From Bugula neritina (taxonomy: Eukaryota; Animalia; Bryozoa), in NCBI GenBank assembly GCA_964035545.1, contig OZ037768.1, positions 2,822,741 to 2,886,740 on the forward strand: 64,000 nucleotides of DNA, written 5' to 3'. The translations under genes and the position numbers were made by a program. Positions 41,177 through 53,454 of the stretch are shown in pieces. Each line of letters starts with the position of its first letter. Position 1 is the first letter of the stretch. The notes under the pieces are model-generated. The model saw only the letters and a list, made by a program, of their open reading frames with translations, searched no databases and was not told the origin of the DNA.

Positions 41177-43734
41177 TCTCAATCACTATCTACCTGTAAG
41201 TACAACATGCATCTACCTGTCAGTGCAATGTTTATAAAATAATTATATTTATTATAAAGATAAACACCTGTGCACATAATAATAAACACTAGTATTATAA
41301 CAGGAAGTTGTTAGTTTTATAATTTGTTATAGTTTTAATACATTAGCTCTTTTTAAAAATGTAGTGTATGTATGTATTCTGAAAATTTTTAGTTAATAAT
41401 GAATTTAGAAAGCAAATTGTAGCTTTATAGCAGCATTGAAACCTATTATTGATAATAAAGTTCTAAAATATTATGCAGATATTTTTGGAAGATGGAGAAT
41501 AAAATCTTTTTTGTAAGTTGAGTTAGTAGCAAAATTTTAATCATTTTGGTTGTTGTTGACTCGACTTAATAAACTGTATAATTTTCTGAGTCCTTTAGTG
41601 CTTTATAAATTTACTAGAATCTAATTACCAACTTCAACATATAATTATCAGCTTATTGGTTCATAGTATGGTATGGCTACTTAGAAAACTGCACCTAAAG
41701 TTATAAGTCAAATAATTAAACTGCAGAGTCTACACATTCTACTCTAAACTCTACACATTATATAGTCTAAGCTATACACATTCTACTCTAAACTCTACAC
41801 ATTATAGTTTTCATTTTGCACATAACCTTCACTCTATAGTTTTCATCTCACTTTACATAATCTTCAATTTAAAGTCTCTATTTCACGTTCTACAGTTGAT
41901 CAAACTCCAGGCAGATCCAAATCAAAAATAGCCATAAACTCATTAGACGATATGAGATCATCTACTCAGTCTGAGTCAGCATGGAGTCACATGCTGACTG
42001 TAATATGCAGTATTTAGTACGATTCTTTGAGTTTCAAAACTAGTGTTGTATATATACTAATTTCTTACAGTGAGAACTTATAATCTGTCCAACAGCAGAA
42101 TTAGCAACTCTGTAGGCTTGATTTAGGAAAGGGAGGGTGACTAACCCAACCCTTGAGTTTGGAATATTTTTGCTAAACAATCATTAAAGTAATAAAATTT
42201 TTGTATTCTAGAAAAAAGCCTAAAGTTTTAAAAGTATTGAAATTAATATGCAGACGTTAAACATATATTTATATTGTAAAAATTATTTAAACCTGAATTT
42301 ATTCAATTTTATTTTATTCATAGATATATTTTAACAGACCTATAGTATAGTTTCTGATTTACAAAATTCAAAGGAAAGTAACATATGCACGAAAGACAAT
42401 CCTGAGAAAATCAGGTCATTTTAGCATCTTGGTGCTAACATTTTAGACCACTCTGTTATTATATAAACAAGAATGGCAGGTTCCTAGGAAAAGTCAACAA
42501 GAAGCTTTCTGGGCTGCATAATAGCCAGTTAAATTACCATTGCTTGGGTAATAACATGTAATTTGCTATCATTATAATTTCAGTAATCCCTTTAGGTGCC
42601 TTTCCATTCTAACAGTTTCAGAGCAATTATTGTTTAATGGCAACTTTTACTGAAAGCAAACGACAGGTCAGAAAACCTTGCCTGGCTGTCTTTTGCTAAA
42701 ATAGTTAATAATTCATCCTTCTATTTTGCTTTATTTAAGTTTCTTCAAGTTTCTTATATTATCAAACAACTTTCTAGAAATCTCACTTTCTTTGAAATGT
42801 TACTTATTGTACAAAGAAATATTATGATGCTCAGTTTAGATTTTAGAAAGCTGACTTGGCTAAAAGATTAGAATGTTGTTAGAGTAAAAAAATAGGTTTT
42901 ATCCCAGATAGACCCTTCCCAGTTATGCGATATTTTTGTATTTTGGTGCAATATATATAGTAATATATCTACATATATGTATATAATAGCTGTTGTATTA
43001 ATTGTTAAATTTGAAATAGTAGAAAATATGGATGTGTAGGACAAAATAAAACAGTAATGCATTATTAATAAACATTCACATTGTCTTTAACAAATACTTA
43101 ATAATGAAATATTTTCTTAAGCAACAAGAAGTATAGAAAATACAAAACAAGTCAGTTAATGCATGTCAAAAAAAATTGTTAATAGCTTCTTTGCTTCTTA
43201 TTATGTGCTAAACAACAAACAATTAATACAAATTTATTTAAATATACATATATTTCAATAATATTTAAATAAATTGCACATAAAATACATATATTGCACA
43301 AAAATGAATAAATAACATCTAACTGGGAAGCATCTATCTGGAATGACACTAAAAAGTATTAATAAATAAAGCATCATAATAATATGCTCTCACTTTAAAG
43401 TCAGAGATGGGTACTTCAGCAAATAAGCACTTCAATACAAATTCAAGCAAAGGTTTTAAAGTCTAGATTTGAAAGTTATCTCAAGTACTCTGGCTAAATT
43501 TACATACTTAGTATTATATCATATATCTAATTATAATCATCAGCCCATCTAGTGCTTGCAAATTCATTTGAAAACTTTTATTAAGATTTTTATAATATTT
43601 ATATTCTACCAAATAATTATACTTGCTACTTCAGTCTAAAACAGCTTCAGCAGTACATAGATTAGAAACACCGTTCTATTGTTGCATGGTAAGTATAGCC
43701 ATGATATTTTTCTGTTCTAGAACTTTCTTTCCGT

Positions 43735-43848
43735 GGGAAATGTCCCTCCTCTTCAGCATCGGAATGGCCACTTTCTATTGGTTCTTGCCCCTGTCTCTTT
43801 GTTCTGGGTTACTATATAAGAGAAGTGCATTGACCTTTTCCAGCAGTT
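43735..43848 (+). promoter_or_regulatory. Pol II core promoter for hairpin array 3
   Basis: GGGAAATGTCCC at 43735, ATTGG at ~43777, TATATAAG at 43813, GCAGTT with A at 43845. Confidence 0.55.
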
Positions 43849-43968
43849 GACCACACACCGTCACACAGCCTGGCACCACACCATCATGAAGAGACTTGGA
43901 CCACACACACAGATTGTTGAAAGAAACTGCAAGATGGAAATAGGAAAGCACACTGACTCAGCCAACAA

Positions 43969-44734
43969 AGCTTGATGGTGCTATAGAAATCATAAATATG
44001 AGCTTCTTTTGTATTTAGAAAGCTGTTTGTGTTTTCTATAACATCATAACTGTCACTGTCAAACATGGAAACTAGAAAGGGCAAGACTTGATGGTTGTAA
44101 TAGAAATCATAAATGTGCTTCTTTTATATTCAGAAAGCCACTTGTGTTTTCTATAACACCTTTATTGTCAAACACCTTCTCTAAAACTAAGTCTAATCTC
44201 TAACAGCATTGAGATGGCCATTTACAGCACACCATCACACAGTCTAAGGCAACACACAGGGCTTGGGAAAGAACTAGAAAGAGCAAGACATTATGGTTCT
44301 ATAGAAATCATAAAACATAAGCTTTTTTTATATGTAGAAAGCTGTTTGTGTTTTCTATAACAACCATAATTGTCAAGCATCATCTATAAATTTCAAAGAA
44401 CAAAGAAATCTAGACATATAATTATAACAGCATAAGAATGGCCATGGATTTACTATTGTTGAACTATATTGTGACCCGGCTATTTGTTTTGATGCTTTTT
44501 TCAAAATAATATATTATTTTGAGAAGAGAATCAGAATATTTTCTTTATTCTTAAGCTGACCACACACCATCACAGAAAGTCTTGGGCCACACACCATCAC
44601 ACAGAAACTTAGACCACACACAGTTTGGAGGAGAATGCTAGAAGGGGCAAGACTTTATGGTTCTATAGATATCATACAAGTGTTTCTTTTATATTCAGAA
44701 AACCTTTTGTGATTTCTATAACATCATTACTGTC
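43969..44734 (+). ncRNA. Candidate pri-miRNA cluster 3 (4 hairpins)
   Basis: Hairpins ~43969-44054, 44085-44169, 44287-44374 and 44651-44734. Confidence 0.6.
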
Positions 44735-45354
44735 ATTCATCTTCTGAGTAAATAAAGATAAATCTTCATGGGAGAGATGCCAGAAGATTTCAAAGAAATG
44801 GCAACATTTGGGGAAGCAGCATTTTTAAATAATAATTTAAAGTTGTACTACTAGCAGTTTGGGCTTTCATTGTTAATAATAAAAGGGATCTATTAAATTT
44901 ATAAACATGCATATTTCGGTTAAATTGCAATTTTATTGTTGATATTCATAGTAAATTTATTTGTTTCATATCAACTTTATATAGCAACATAAGCAGTGCA
45001 AATAAATTTTAAAACCAAATTGTGAAACAATCTTTTACACAAAAATTCTACATGTTAACAGCTTATAGATATAATATATAGACATGAACAAGTATATCTA
45101 ATATAAAACTAATTGTGTCATGTAAAACAGTCTGATACAATAACTCACTCTGTGGTAAACTTAGCTTTGTTACATAAATTATAGAAAGTTGATTTATACT
45201 AATACAATTCTCTTTTAGTCAAAGTGATTCTAGCTGGTAAATTTTTCTTATTTCTTCAAAACTTGACAATATATTACATAATAACTTAGATCTAGCTTTA
45301 TTGCTAGTAAGATTAGTTGCTAAGGCATATTTTCCTCCATTTTGAAATATTTTT

Positions 45355-46542
45355 TCAGCTGGATATTTCGTTTGGTATCTCACAGCAGGGCACTACATCC
45401 ATGTTCCACCATTTGTCTTTTCTTTTCACTATCACAGTTCTGAAATTTGACAAAAATACATGACAACAAATCTGTAGAATTAGAAATTTTATGCTGTAGG
45501 AGAGAAATATTGAATAACTGTACCTGAAGCACACTTTCTTTCCAAATGCTTCCCTTGGGACTTTCCAGTTTAGACTCAAATCATATTTTTTCTTTGAGTT
45601 ATTTATGTGGGTGGCGTAATCAGCTCTGCAACAAGCCAATAATTATTATAAAACTGTGCAATAAAATTTATTTATATTGTATTACATAAATACTTCTCAA
45701 TACATTTAATGAAGTCTTTAGTAAGAACAGGTTTTTCTAAAGCAGTATACATGCACAAAGCAAAATTTTAAAAAGATACAGTTTATTATTTAGACTATGA
45801 AAATGTGTAATTTAGTGAAACCAACCATTAAAAAAATGTTTAAAAACTACATTAATGATGAATCTAAATGAATAAATTTTAGGTTTCACGTATTTATAAA
45901 AAATTGATTTTAATGATAATGAGCTGTAACATCAAGAGTTGTCTTTCCCCCTATGCGAATAGCAGCTAACTCACCCTCCACAAGAGCGAACTTGGTACTC
46001 ATCATCAGTACCAGGTGGTGTGAATGTACCCAGCATCTCTACTCTATCAGAATTGTCCACCCCTGCTATTAAAAAGCCCCTGTAGCCTTCTTTTTTCTTC
46101 TTATGCATTTCAATGGTCACTAAAGAATAAATAAACAACACAATATAGTAAGGATAATAATATCTTAGTTTGTTTAACATGTCTTGTATTGAAATTTATA
46201 CCCCCAAATTGTTTTTTCTATTCTTACCACCAATGCCTGTTCTACTAAAAGGTAACACTTTTACACTATATAGAAGAGCTTACCCGAGTAACATGAATTT
46301 TTGAAGACAAATCAGTTTTATTTTACCAGTAAACGCTCACCAGTTATGGTGTTGTTTGTGATTTCACAGGGGGAGGTAATTTTATAAGAAGGGTTTGTAG
46401 ACTGGGGATCTACATTATGGAGAGGTTGAAGAAAGTTTGGCCCTGCGAAACAGACTATCTGAGGAGCACCAGTGCTTAGAGACTCTGCTAAGGTGGCAAT
46501 ACCAACCAGTAGTATCAGGGAAGGTAGTGGGTGGTTCATCAT
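45355..46542 (-). CDS. Secreted single reeler-domain protein (putative defence protein-like), 177 aa, intact copy 3
   Basis: Exons 46341-46542, 45975-46119, 45524-45625 and 45355-45439 in phase. Signal peptide, then STGAP..C..P.H..PQ..PSY.I, YRGFLI, G.F, C, TH.N..K..L.W..P and V.F.TV..W, the reeler signature. Confidence 0.88.
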
Positions 46543-49500
46543 TCTCAGTTACTATCTACCTGTAAATACAACATGCATCTACCTGTAAGTGCAATGTGTA
46601 TAAAATAATTATATTTATTATAAAGATAAACACCTGTGCACACAATAATAAACACTAGTATTATAATAGGAAGTTGTTAGTTTTATAAGTTGTTATAGTT
46701 TTAATATATTAACTCTTTTTAAAAATGTAATGTATATATTACGCATGCTGACAAAATTTCAGTTAATAATGAATTCAGAAAACAAATTGTAACTTTATAG
46801 CACCATTGAAGTCTATTATTGATAATAAAGTTCTAAAATATTATGCAAATATTTTTGGAAGATGGAGAATAAAATCTTTTTTGTAAGTTGAGTTGGGAGC
46901 AAAATTTAAATCATTTTGACTGTTGTTGACTCAACTTAATAAACTATATAATTTTCTGAGTCCTTTAGTGCTTTGTAAATTTCCTAAAATCTAATTACCT
47001 ACTTCAACCTATAATTATTGGCTTACTAGTTCATAGTATGGTATGGCTACTTAGAAAACTGCACCTAAAGTTATAAGTCTAGTCATGAAGCTGTACAATT
47101 AACTTGTAAGCTGTGAGAAGCATTGGACTATAACTATAGTTTCAGTTCAGTGGTGAGAAGACTGAAGAATATTGCCCAGATTCCCAGAACAACTTTAATG
47201 TAAAAGCTACAGTAATATCAGCCTCTACTTACCATTTGCTATCACTGAAGGTGGTAGTGCTTATCTATGCAGTGTACTGTAACTATAGACTGAGTAGTCA
47301 GTTAATGCTGTGTCTTATACCTACATTATCCTCCATTAACTCAATCTGTGTCTTTATTGACCATAGAAATTTATATATTCATATAAAATGAAATGGGCTT
47401 TTTTCTAGTTCCTTTCAATACAACATATATAATAATTCACCTTATAATGAACATAAATTATTTGGACATCTGGTAGTGTTTTGAAAGGAAAGATATATGC
47501 TATGAACTGTGGGTGAAAGTTCTATATGCAACATTGTGCCAGGGAGATAATCTTGGCTGTTTGCCAATATTTCACTAAAGTAGCCGTTAGCTTTTTGCAG
47601 TTTGTTCAGCCATTTTTTTTGGCTTTTTGTTATTTGTTTGTTGACTGGTACGTGAATTTCTTTAGTTTGTATTATGATTGTGAGTAGTTTCACTTGTCAG
47701 GAACAGGTTCAAAGTAGCTGATGTTTGTAAGTGTTATTATAATTTTGAAGTTTTTTGTTTTTGTTGATATTATTGAAAAGTTACTTATGTAAATGTTTTT
47801 GTACAGCATGTAACTATTTTTGATATTTTGATAGAGTACAAGACAAAGAGTGGACAATAAATTCAAAGATTAAAATTATTGTTCCATGCTTGTTGCTATC
47901 CAACTCAATAAGCCATTCCTGGCACAAACATTATTAAATATATTATAATTTATGGAATTGATGTGACTTTTGGTTAGATTATAAATTGCAGTTGAGTAAA
48001 CTATAAATAACAATTGAAAGGTTACTTGGTAGTTGGTAACTATTTTTTGTTTATTTCTTAGTTAATCAATTGTGTATGAATATTAATTTCAAGAAGAATT
48101 ATTAAATTCCTTTTTTACATATTTTAGAAATACCAGTAGACAATTAAAATATTTAAAACATTTTTAACAGTTGAATATTCACTTATGTTACAGTTATAGC
48201 TTATTTATTGTTGGATTATTTTTATTAAAGGATAAACGGCTGCAGCTAAATTTATGATATGATAGGCTAGCAGAAAAGTTTAAGTAAGGAACAATTCTAC
48301 AACAACTGAGGTGTACTGAGGGCTGATGAGTTGACAAATTACAGCTTCAAATCTCATCAACTGTGAGTCAGATTGGCTTTATTGGGTTTAAGTACATCTG
48401 TTACAGCCATTAGTGCTTTCTAATATATACTTTCTATTTCCAATAAAAGTTTACATACTAAATTAATGTGTGTGACAGCTGGCAATATGTCACATGATGA
48501 AAGTGTGACACGAGAACATTCTAGCTTAACATGAGAACTAAGACTCAAGTATATTTGTTCCCAACTGAGTAAAATAATATCAGGATCTCTTGTTTATGGT
48601 GTCCGATGCCATTTTTACCTAAAATCCTTGTTTACATGTACTTTTATTAGGTTTTGTACATTAAAAAGTGATTGTCATTTTAGTGTTGAAACTGTAGTAG
48701 GTGTTGTGTACAAGTGTAGGACATAAAAAAGTGTCTGGGATGTAAGCCAAGTGGAAATCCAACAAATTAATACACTAAACACCAAGCTAGTTCAATATTA
48801 TAAACATCACTAGTATCACTATTATGTGCCATTAGTGCTTATCAATGGTTTAGTTATACAAATTAAATAATCCCTGTTACATTTATGCAGAATGGATTGA
48901 AATATTCCTCTACAGAGCATTCTAGGGTTGCATACCACAACACTTTTAGTTTATAATAAAATCTGCCGATAAAACTAGATAGTAAATAAAAACACCCGTT
49001 GATAAGAAGACATTTGGCAAATTTGACCAATTAATAAACTCCATAATCTAAATATTATTGCACTTGTATTATAAGATTGGAAGCTGGTTAGTATAGAACA
49101 CTAATATGTAGTCTTTCTCTATAAACTTCTAGACTTATTTACAGCCAGCAAACTTACTGCCTGCTTATTTTAAAGTTGTAATATGCTAACAGTTGAATAA
49201 TATAAAGTACAAATGTAATGCAATAGCTTGGGGTGTAATACATTATACATTATTGATGAAATGTGATTTTATGAATTCAACATAGCTTCGTATTCTTATC
49301 TAATTTACAAATGAAATGTTGTTAATAGGCTTTGGTTTGTCAGTTCCATTAAGTTATGATAAAAGTTATAACAGAAACATTCCTTGAATTCTTTCATTTT
49401 TATTCCACCATTACAATTTTTCTGTGTAGTTGATTTGGCTGTGGTATAAGTAGAACAACAATTTTTATTATATAGTATATACTCTCTTGCATTAGGTATT

Positions 49501-49622
49501 ACATAATACTATTCTATAATAAAGTCTATGATTTATATTATAATGGAAAATGCCAGTTGAATAAAGTTGACTCAAGTAGCTACAACAAGAAGTTGTCTTC
49601 CTTTGCTGTATAGTTTGTATAG

Positions 49623-50765
49623 TTATCTCCCCCATCTAAACACACCTCCCCGCTTATCATTTTCCATTGGTACTTCATACTCAGCCTCTCTTTGGTAATG
49701 TGCTGGAACCTGTAATCGGGACTTCATTTGTAACTAGAAAAATAAAGAAAATCCTTATTAAATAATATTTTAGCATTATTAAGTTGAAATATTTTGCACC
49801 AACTTTCAATTATCACCAAATTTATTACACATAAAGCAGGGTGTATCATTTCAATTAGCTTTACTATTGAGTTCCTTTAAAGATGCCAGTCAGTAAAAAT
49901 TATCTTTCATATTAACAGTATTTGATTTCTTTTAATTAGTTTTACACCATGTTTCATGGCGTACTTTTTCAAGTTACATTACCTCCTCGATTTTAAACTT
50001 GAGGGCAGCTAACGCCTTGGCGTAGTCTATTTGGTCATCGATTGTGTCCCATCTTTCAAAATCTCTGCTATCATCGTTATACTCTATATGAATAAAAAAT
50101 GTTATATGCTAACATTTATTTAGCTATAGTGTAAAAGGATCTCTCATGCATACACAGCATTCAATGGACGTAACTATTATATAATTCATAGATGTCCAGG
50201 TGGGAAGCGTCTAACTGGGATGAAGCCATTTAGCAACGTTTCGATCATTTCAGAGTTCAAATATTTTTTTCAGCAACAACATTTATCATATTGGATTTAC
50301 TTGTAATAACTTTACTTTAAAGTCTTTATTTTATAAATAAAGAATATGGGAAAATAATGACAAGCAATTCACAATGATAATGTATATAGGTTCTTGTAGA
50401 TATACAACAGTTACTCTCTTTGTTAATGTCTAGATTTTTGTTATTATGTTACGCTGTGCTATACACCAAAGTTTTCGGTAATGTCTTTGCTTGTGACAAT
50501 GAATTAGTGACAGCAACACAAAATAGTGGTTGCCAATAAAATCAGCTTTCCTTGAGTTATATTAATTATAAGTAAAGACTGTGGCTTTAGGCTGTAATAC
50601 CAATTAGCCCATCTAAGTTTCATCTAACAGCAGCATTACTCATATCATAAGGTTTAAGTCACCTGGATGGAAAGGTCTTGGGTAGGCTGTTGTGGATTGG
50701 AATACTTTCGATGCTAGTACTAAAAGCATGCAGCAAGTAGGGAGGGTAATGAAAGTTAGCTTCAT
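49623..50765 (-). CDS. Neuropeptide precursor (104 aa) encoding GGVFRW-amide, sNPF/LFRFamide-like
   Basis: Exons 50663-50765, 49983-50083 and 49623-49733 splice in phase: MKLTFITLPTCCMLLVLASKVFQSTTA-YPRPFHPEYNDDSRDFERWDTIDDQIDYAKALAALKFKIEELQMKSRLQVPAHYQREAEYEVPMEND-KR-GGVFRW-G-R*. Signal peptide, dibasic site and amidation Gly are all present. Confidence 0.85.
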
Positions 50766-53385
50766 GATGCAAGGAACAAAGTCTACTCTTTCTATTAAAC
50801 TGAAAAATCAACATAATAATATAATAAATATACCAGTTTCTGCAGTGTTGGAGTATTTCTAATGAAAACTTTATAGCAAAATGTAATATTTATACGATAT
50901 GATTATATTGTTTTCTTTACTGATAACTTATACCCTGTACATGAACACGTATATTTCATATATGTATATATGCAATGTATATTCTATGTACTGAGTATAT
51001 TTGTAAGTCAGGATCTGGTACTCTATGACAAATAGAGGTTTTAATCTGAAGTTAAATCAGAATGTATAGTCACTGGAAAGGCTATAATTATATGCATTAC
51101 AAGTCTGCTTTAAAATTCAGTTTCCCATAAAATTTTAAACTTCGGTACACTCTTTACTGACTTACATAAAGCACTTCAAGAGCTAAACTAATAACATTTT
51201 CTGCAAACCCACGGCTGCACAATCTCAGGCTTAGCAAAGTTAATTATTGACTTGCAGGGTAGCTGTTTACTTTATGATACATTTTAGATCACCTTACATC
51301 TTTTCTACTGGCTTTATTATAATTGGTTAAAACTAAAGTTAACAAATTTAGATAATTGCCTCACTAAACCTAAAGCTAGGCAATTAGGTCACAATTGTTC
51401 ATATATGAGCCATAAGGATAGAACTACAATTTTTACCAAATTAAACGGGCCCTAATGGACTAGGACTTTTCATTTTGCTTATGTGTTTTATTTATGTCAT
51501 TTAAAATAGGGGGGGGGGGGGGGGTCTAGGGATTAGAGTACTGGTTTAGTAAACCCAAGGTCATGACCAGTAAAAGCTGTTGGCATATTAGGGAAAATAT
51601 TCAATCATAATTGCGCTTGAGCCAGATATAAATAATAAGTCCTTATATAAGGCTGTTATAAAAAACCCTTTCCGCCAGGGGTCTTTCTCACAGAGATAGT
51701 GACAATAGACTTGCCATAGTTTTCTTCTTTGTATCATTGTTTACAATATATCTATTCTGTATTGCAACATCTATAGTAAAATGGTGAGAAAATGATGTAC
51801 TGCAATACTAAAACTTTGTTGATGTTTGAATTGTTATTTTTGAAACAATTAGGAAACCTGAATCAAAGAAATATGCCCTAAAAGTTATCTTTGCTAAAAA
51901 CATAGATCACTACAGGCCTGGTTGAATCTTTGAAAATATTACCTTCACCTAATAGCTGAAAATAATTCATCAAGTATACTAAAAATATTTATTAAATTTT
52001 CAAAAAATTATTAAACAATGTAATATATTTTGTTGCTTTTATAGGCATCAGCTACTCAATCTAAACACTTTTCATATAACAAACAAACTTGCTAGTCAAA
52101 AACTAATTTATAGCTTTGCTGATAACAGCTTATGTACTGCATGTGTGGAGCAACATTAAAGTCCTATTAGATTACAAACATTGAGCTATGATTAAGAAGT
52201 TTAGAAATAGAAAATAGCTTATATGTATAATTAAAATATTAATATATCATATGCACTTCACTATATTTTCTAATTCTAATACATAAATGATGTTTATTCA
52301 AACTGAAAGGCAGCTATTAGCACTTGAAAACCCACTATAAATGCTTCCTTTAAGGACTTAAAACATTGCTTAGCACTTGAACACAGCGTAAAACAGCAAA
52401 TACAAGACACTTTGATGATATTGAAGTGTTTGATAAGCAAAATCTCTCGGATGCCAAAATAGGAACTAAGGCAGCAGCCAGCAGTATCACAATATGTAAC
52501 CCAGTGCCCCAGCATATATAGCATGATAAAATTTGATTAACACACCAGTTTTTTACAAAACATCTTGATTTTATTTTTCAATATAAAGAAAAATTTTATT
52601 TAAAGGCGTTTTAGGAAAATTGGCTATAAATACATAACCTAAAATTGTTTTCCCAAAGAATTTAACATGTTTAACTTGACTTAAAATTATATATTTAATA
52701 TGATATATTTATAGAAAATATAGCTATAGGCAGGATATATTTTTGGAATAATCAAATATAATTATGCAGTTCATATTATCAAGCTGATATTTCTTTGTTT
52801 AATAGGTATGTGATGGTTCTAATATTTTTTTTTCAAACTTAGGAATATTTCAATATGTTTAACATTTATGAGAATGATTTTACCATTATAGCTAGAAAAC
52901 TTAGAATTTAATGTTGGTGAATCTTTAGTTAGCCATGTTAGTGTAACATTAGTATTTAGCCAAAATTATCAATATTAGATAAAAAGCATCGAACATTATT
53001 AGATCTATTTGTTTAAAGAAAAAAGTCAGTTGAATAGAAAATTTTAGAAAACAAAACTGCTTGACTATCTTTTTATTTCTTTTATAGGGAAAGTCCACTT
53101 CCTTTAAATATAGGCTACTGGCTGTATTCCAGCGCCTTGTAGAATAACAAATTTATGGGTAATGAAACATATTCTTTCCACAAGTTCATGTTTTGTAGAA
53201 GTTGTATCAATTACTAACAGATGACATTTAATTTGAGTTGATTATTAACTTTTGATAAAAACACTCATTTTTGATTAAATTTAAAATAAAGGACTAAATC
53301 CAAATTCAAACCAAAACTGCTTTAATCTACTTTATATATCTAATTGGTATGCAAAATATATTCACAGAGAAGACTAACTACTCAC

Positions 53386-53454
53386 CACCACCTGGACTGA
53401 AGTCGACTTTGTTAAAGCAGTAAGATGAAAGCAGCTTATATAAGCGGAAACCCC
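53386..53454 (-). promoter_or_regulatory. Probable promoter and short non-coding first exon of the neuropeptide gene
   Basis: TATA in palindrome gcttatataagc (53434-45), TCAGTC Inr-like at ~53396-53401, gtgagt donor at 53380-85. Confidence 0.45.

Larger units (their letters stand above)
30390..47080. repeat. Tandem segmental triplication (units ~30390-35750, ~35751-41720, ~41721-47080)
   Basis: Colinear, highly similar blocks, e.g. ctactcagtctgagtcagcatggagtcacatgctgactg at ~30664, ~36387 and ~41962. Each unit holds a hairpin array and a reeler gene; junctions lie at ctctacacattct short repeats. Confidence 0.95.
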
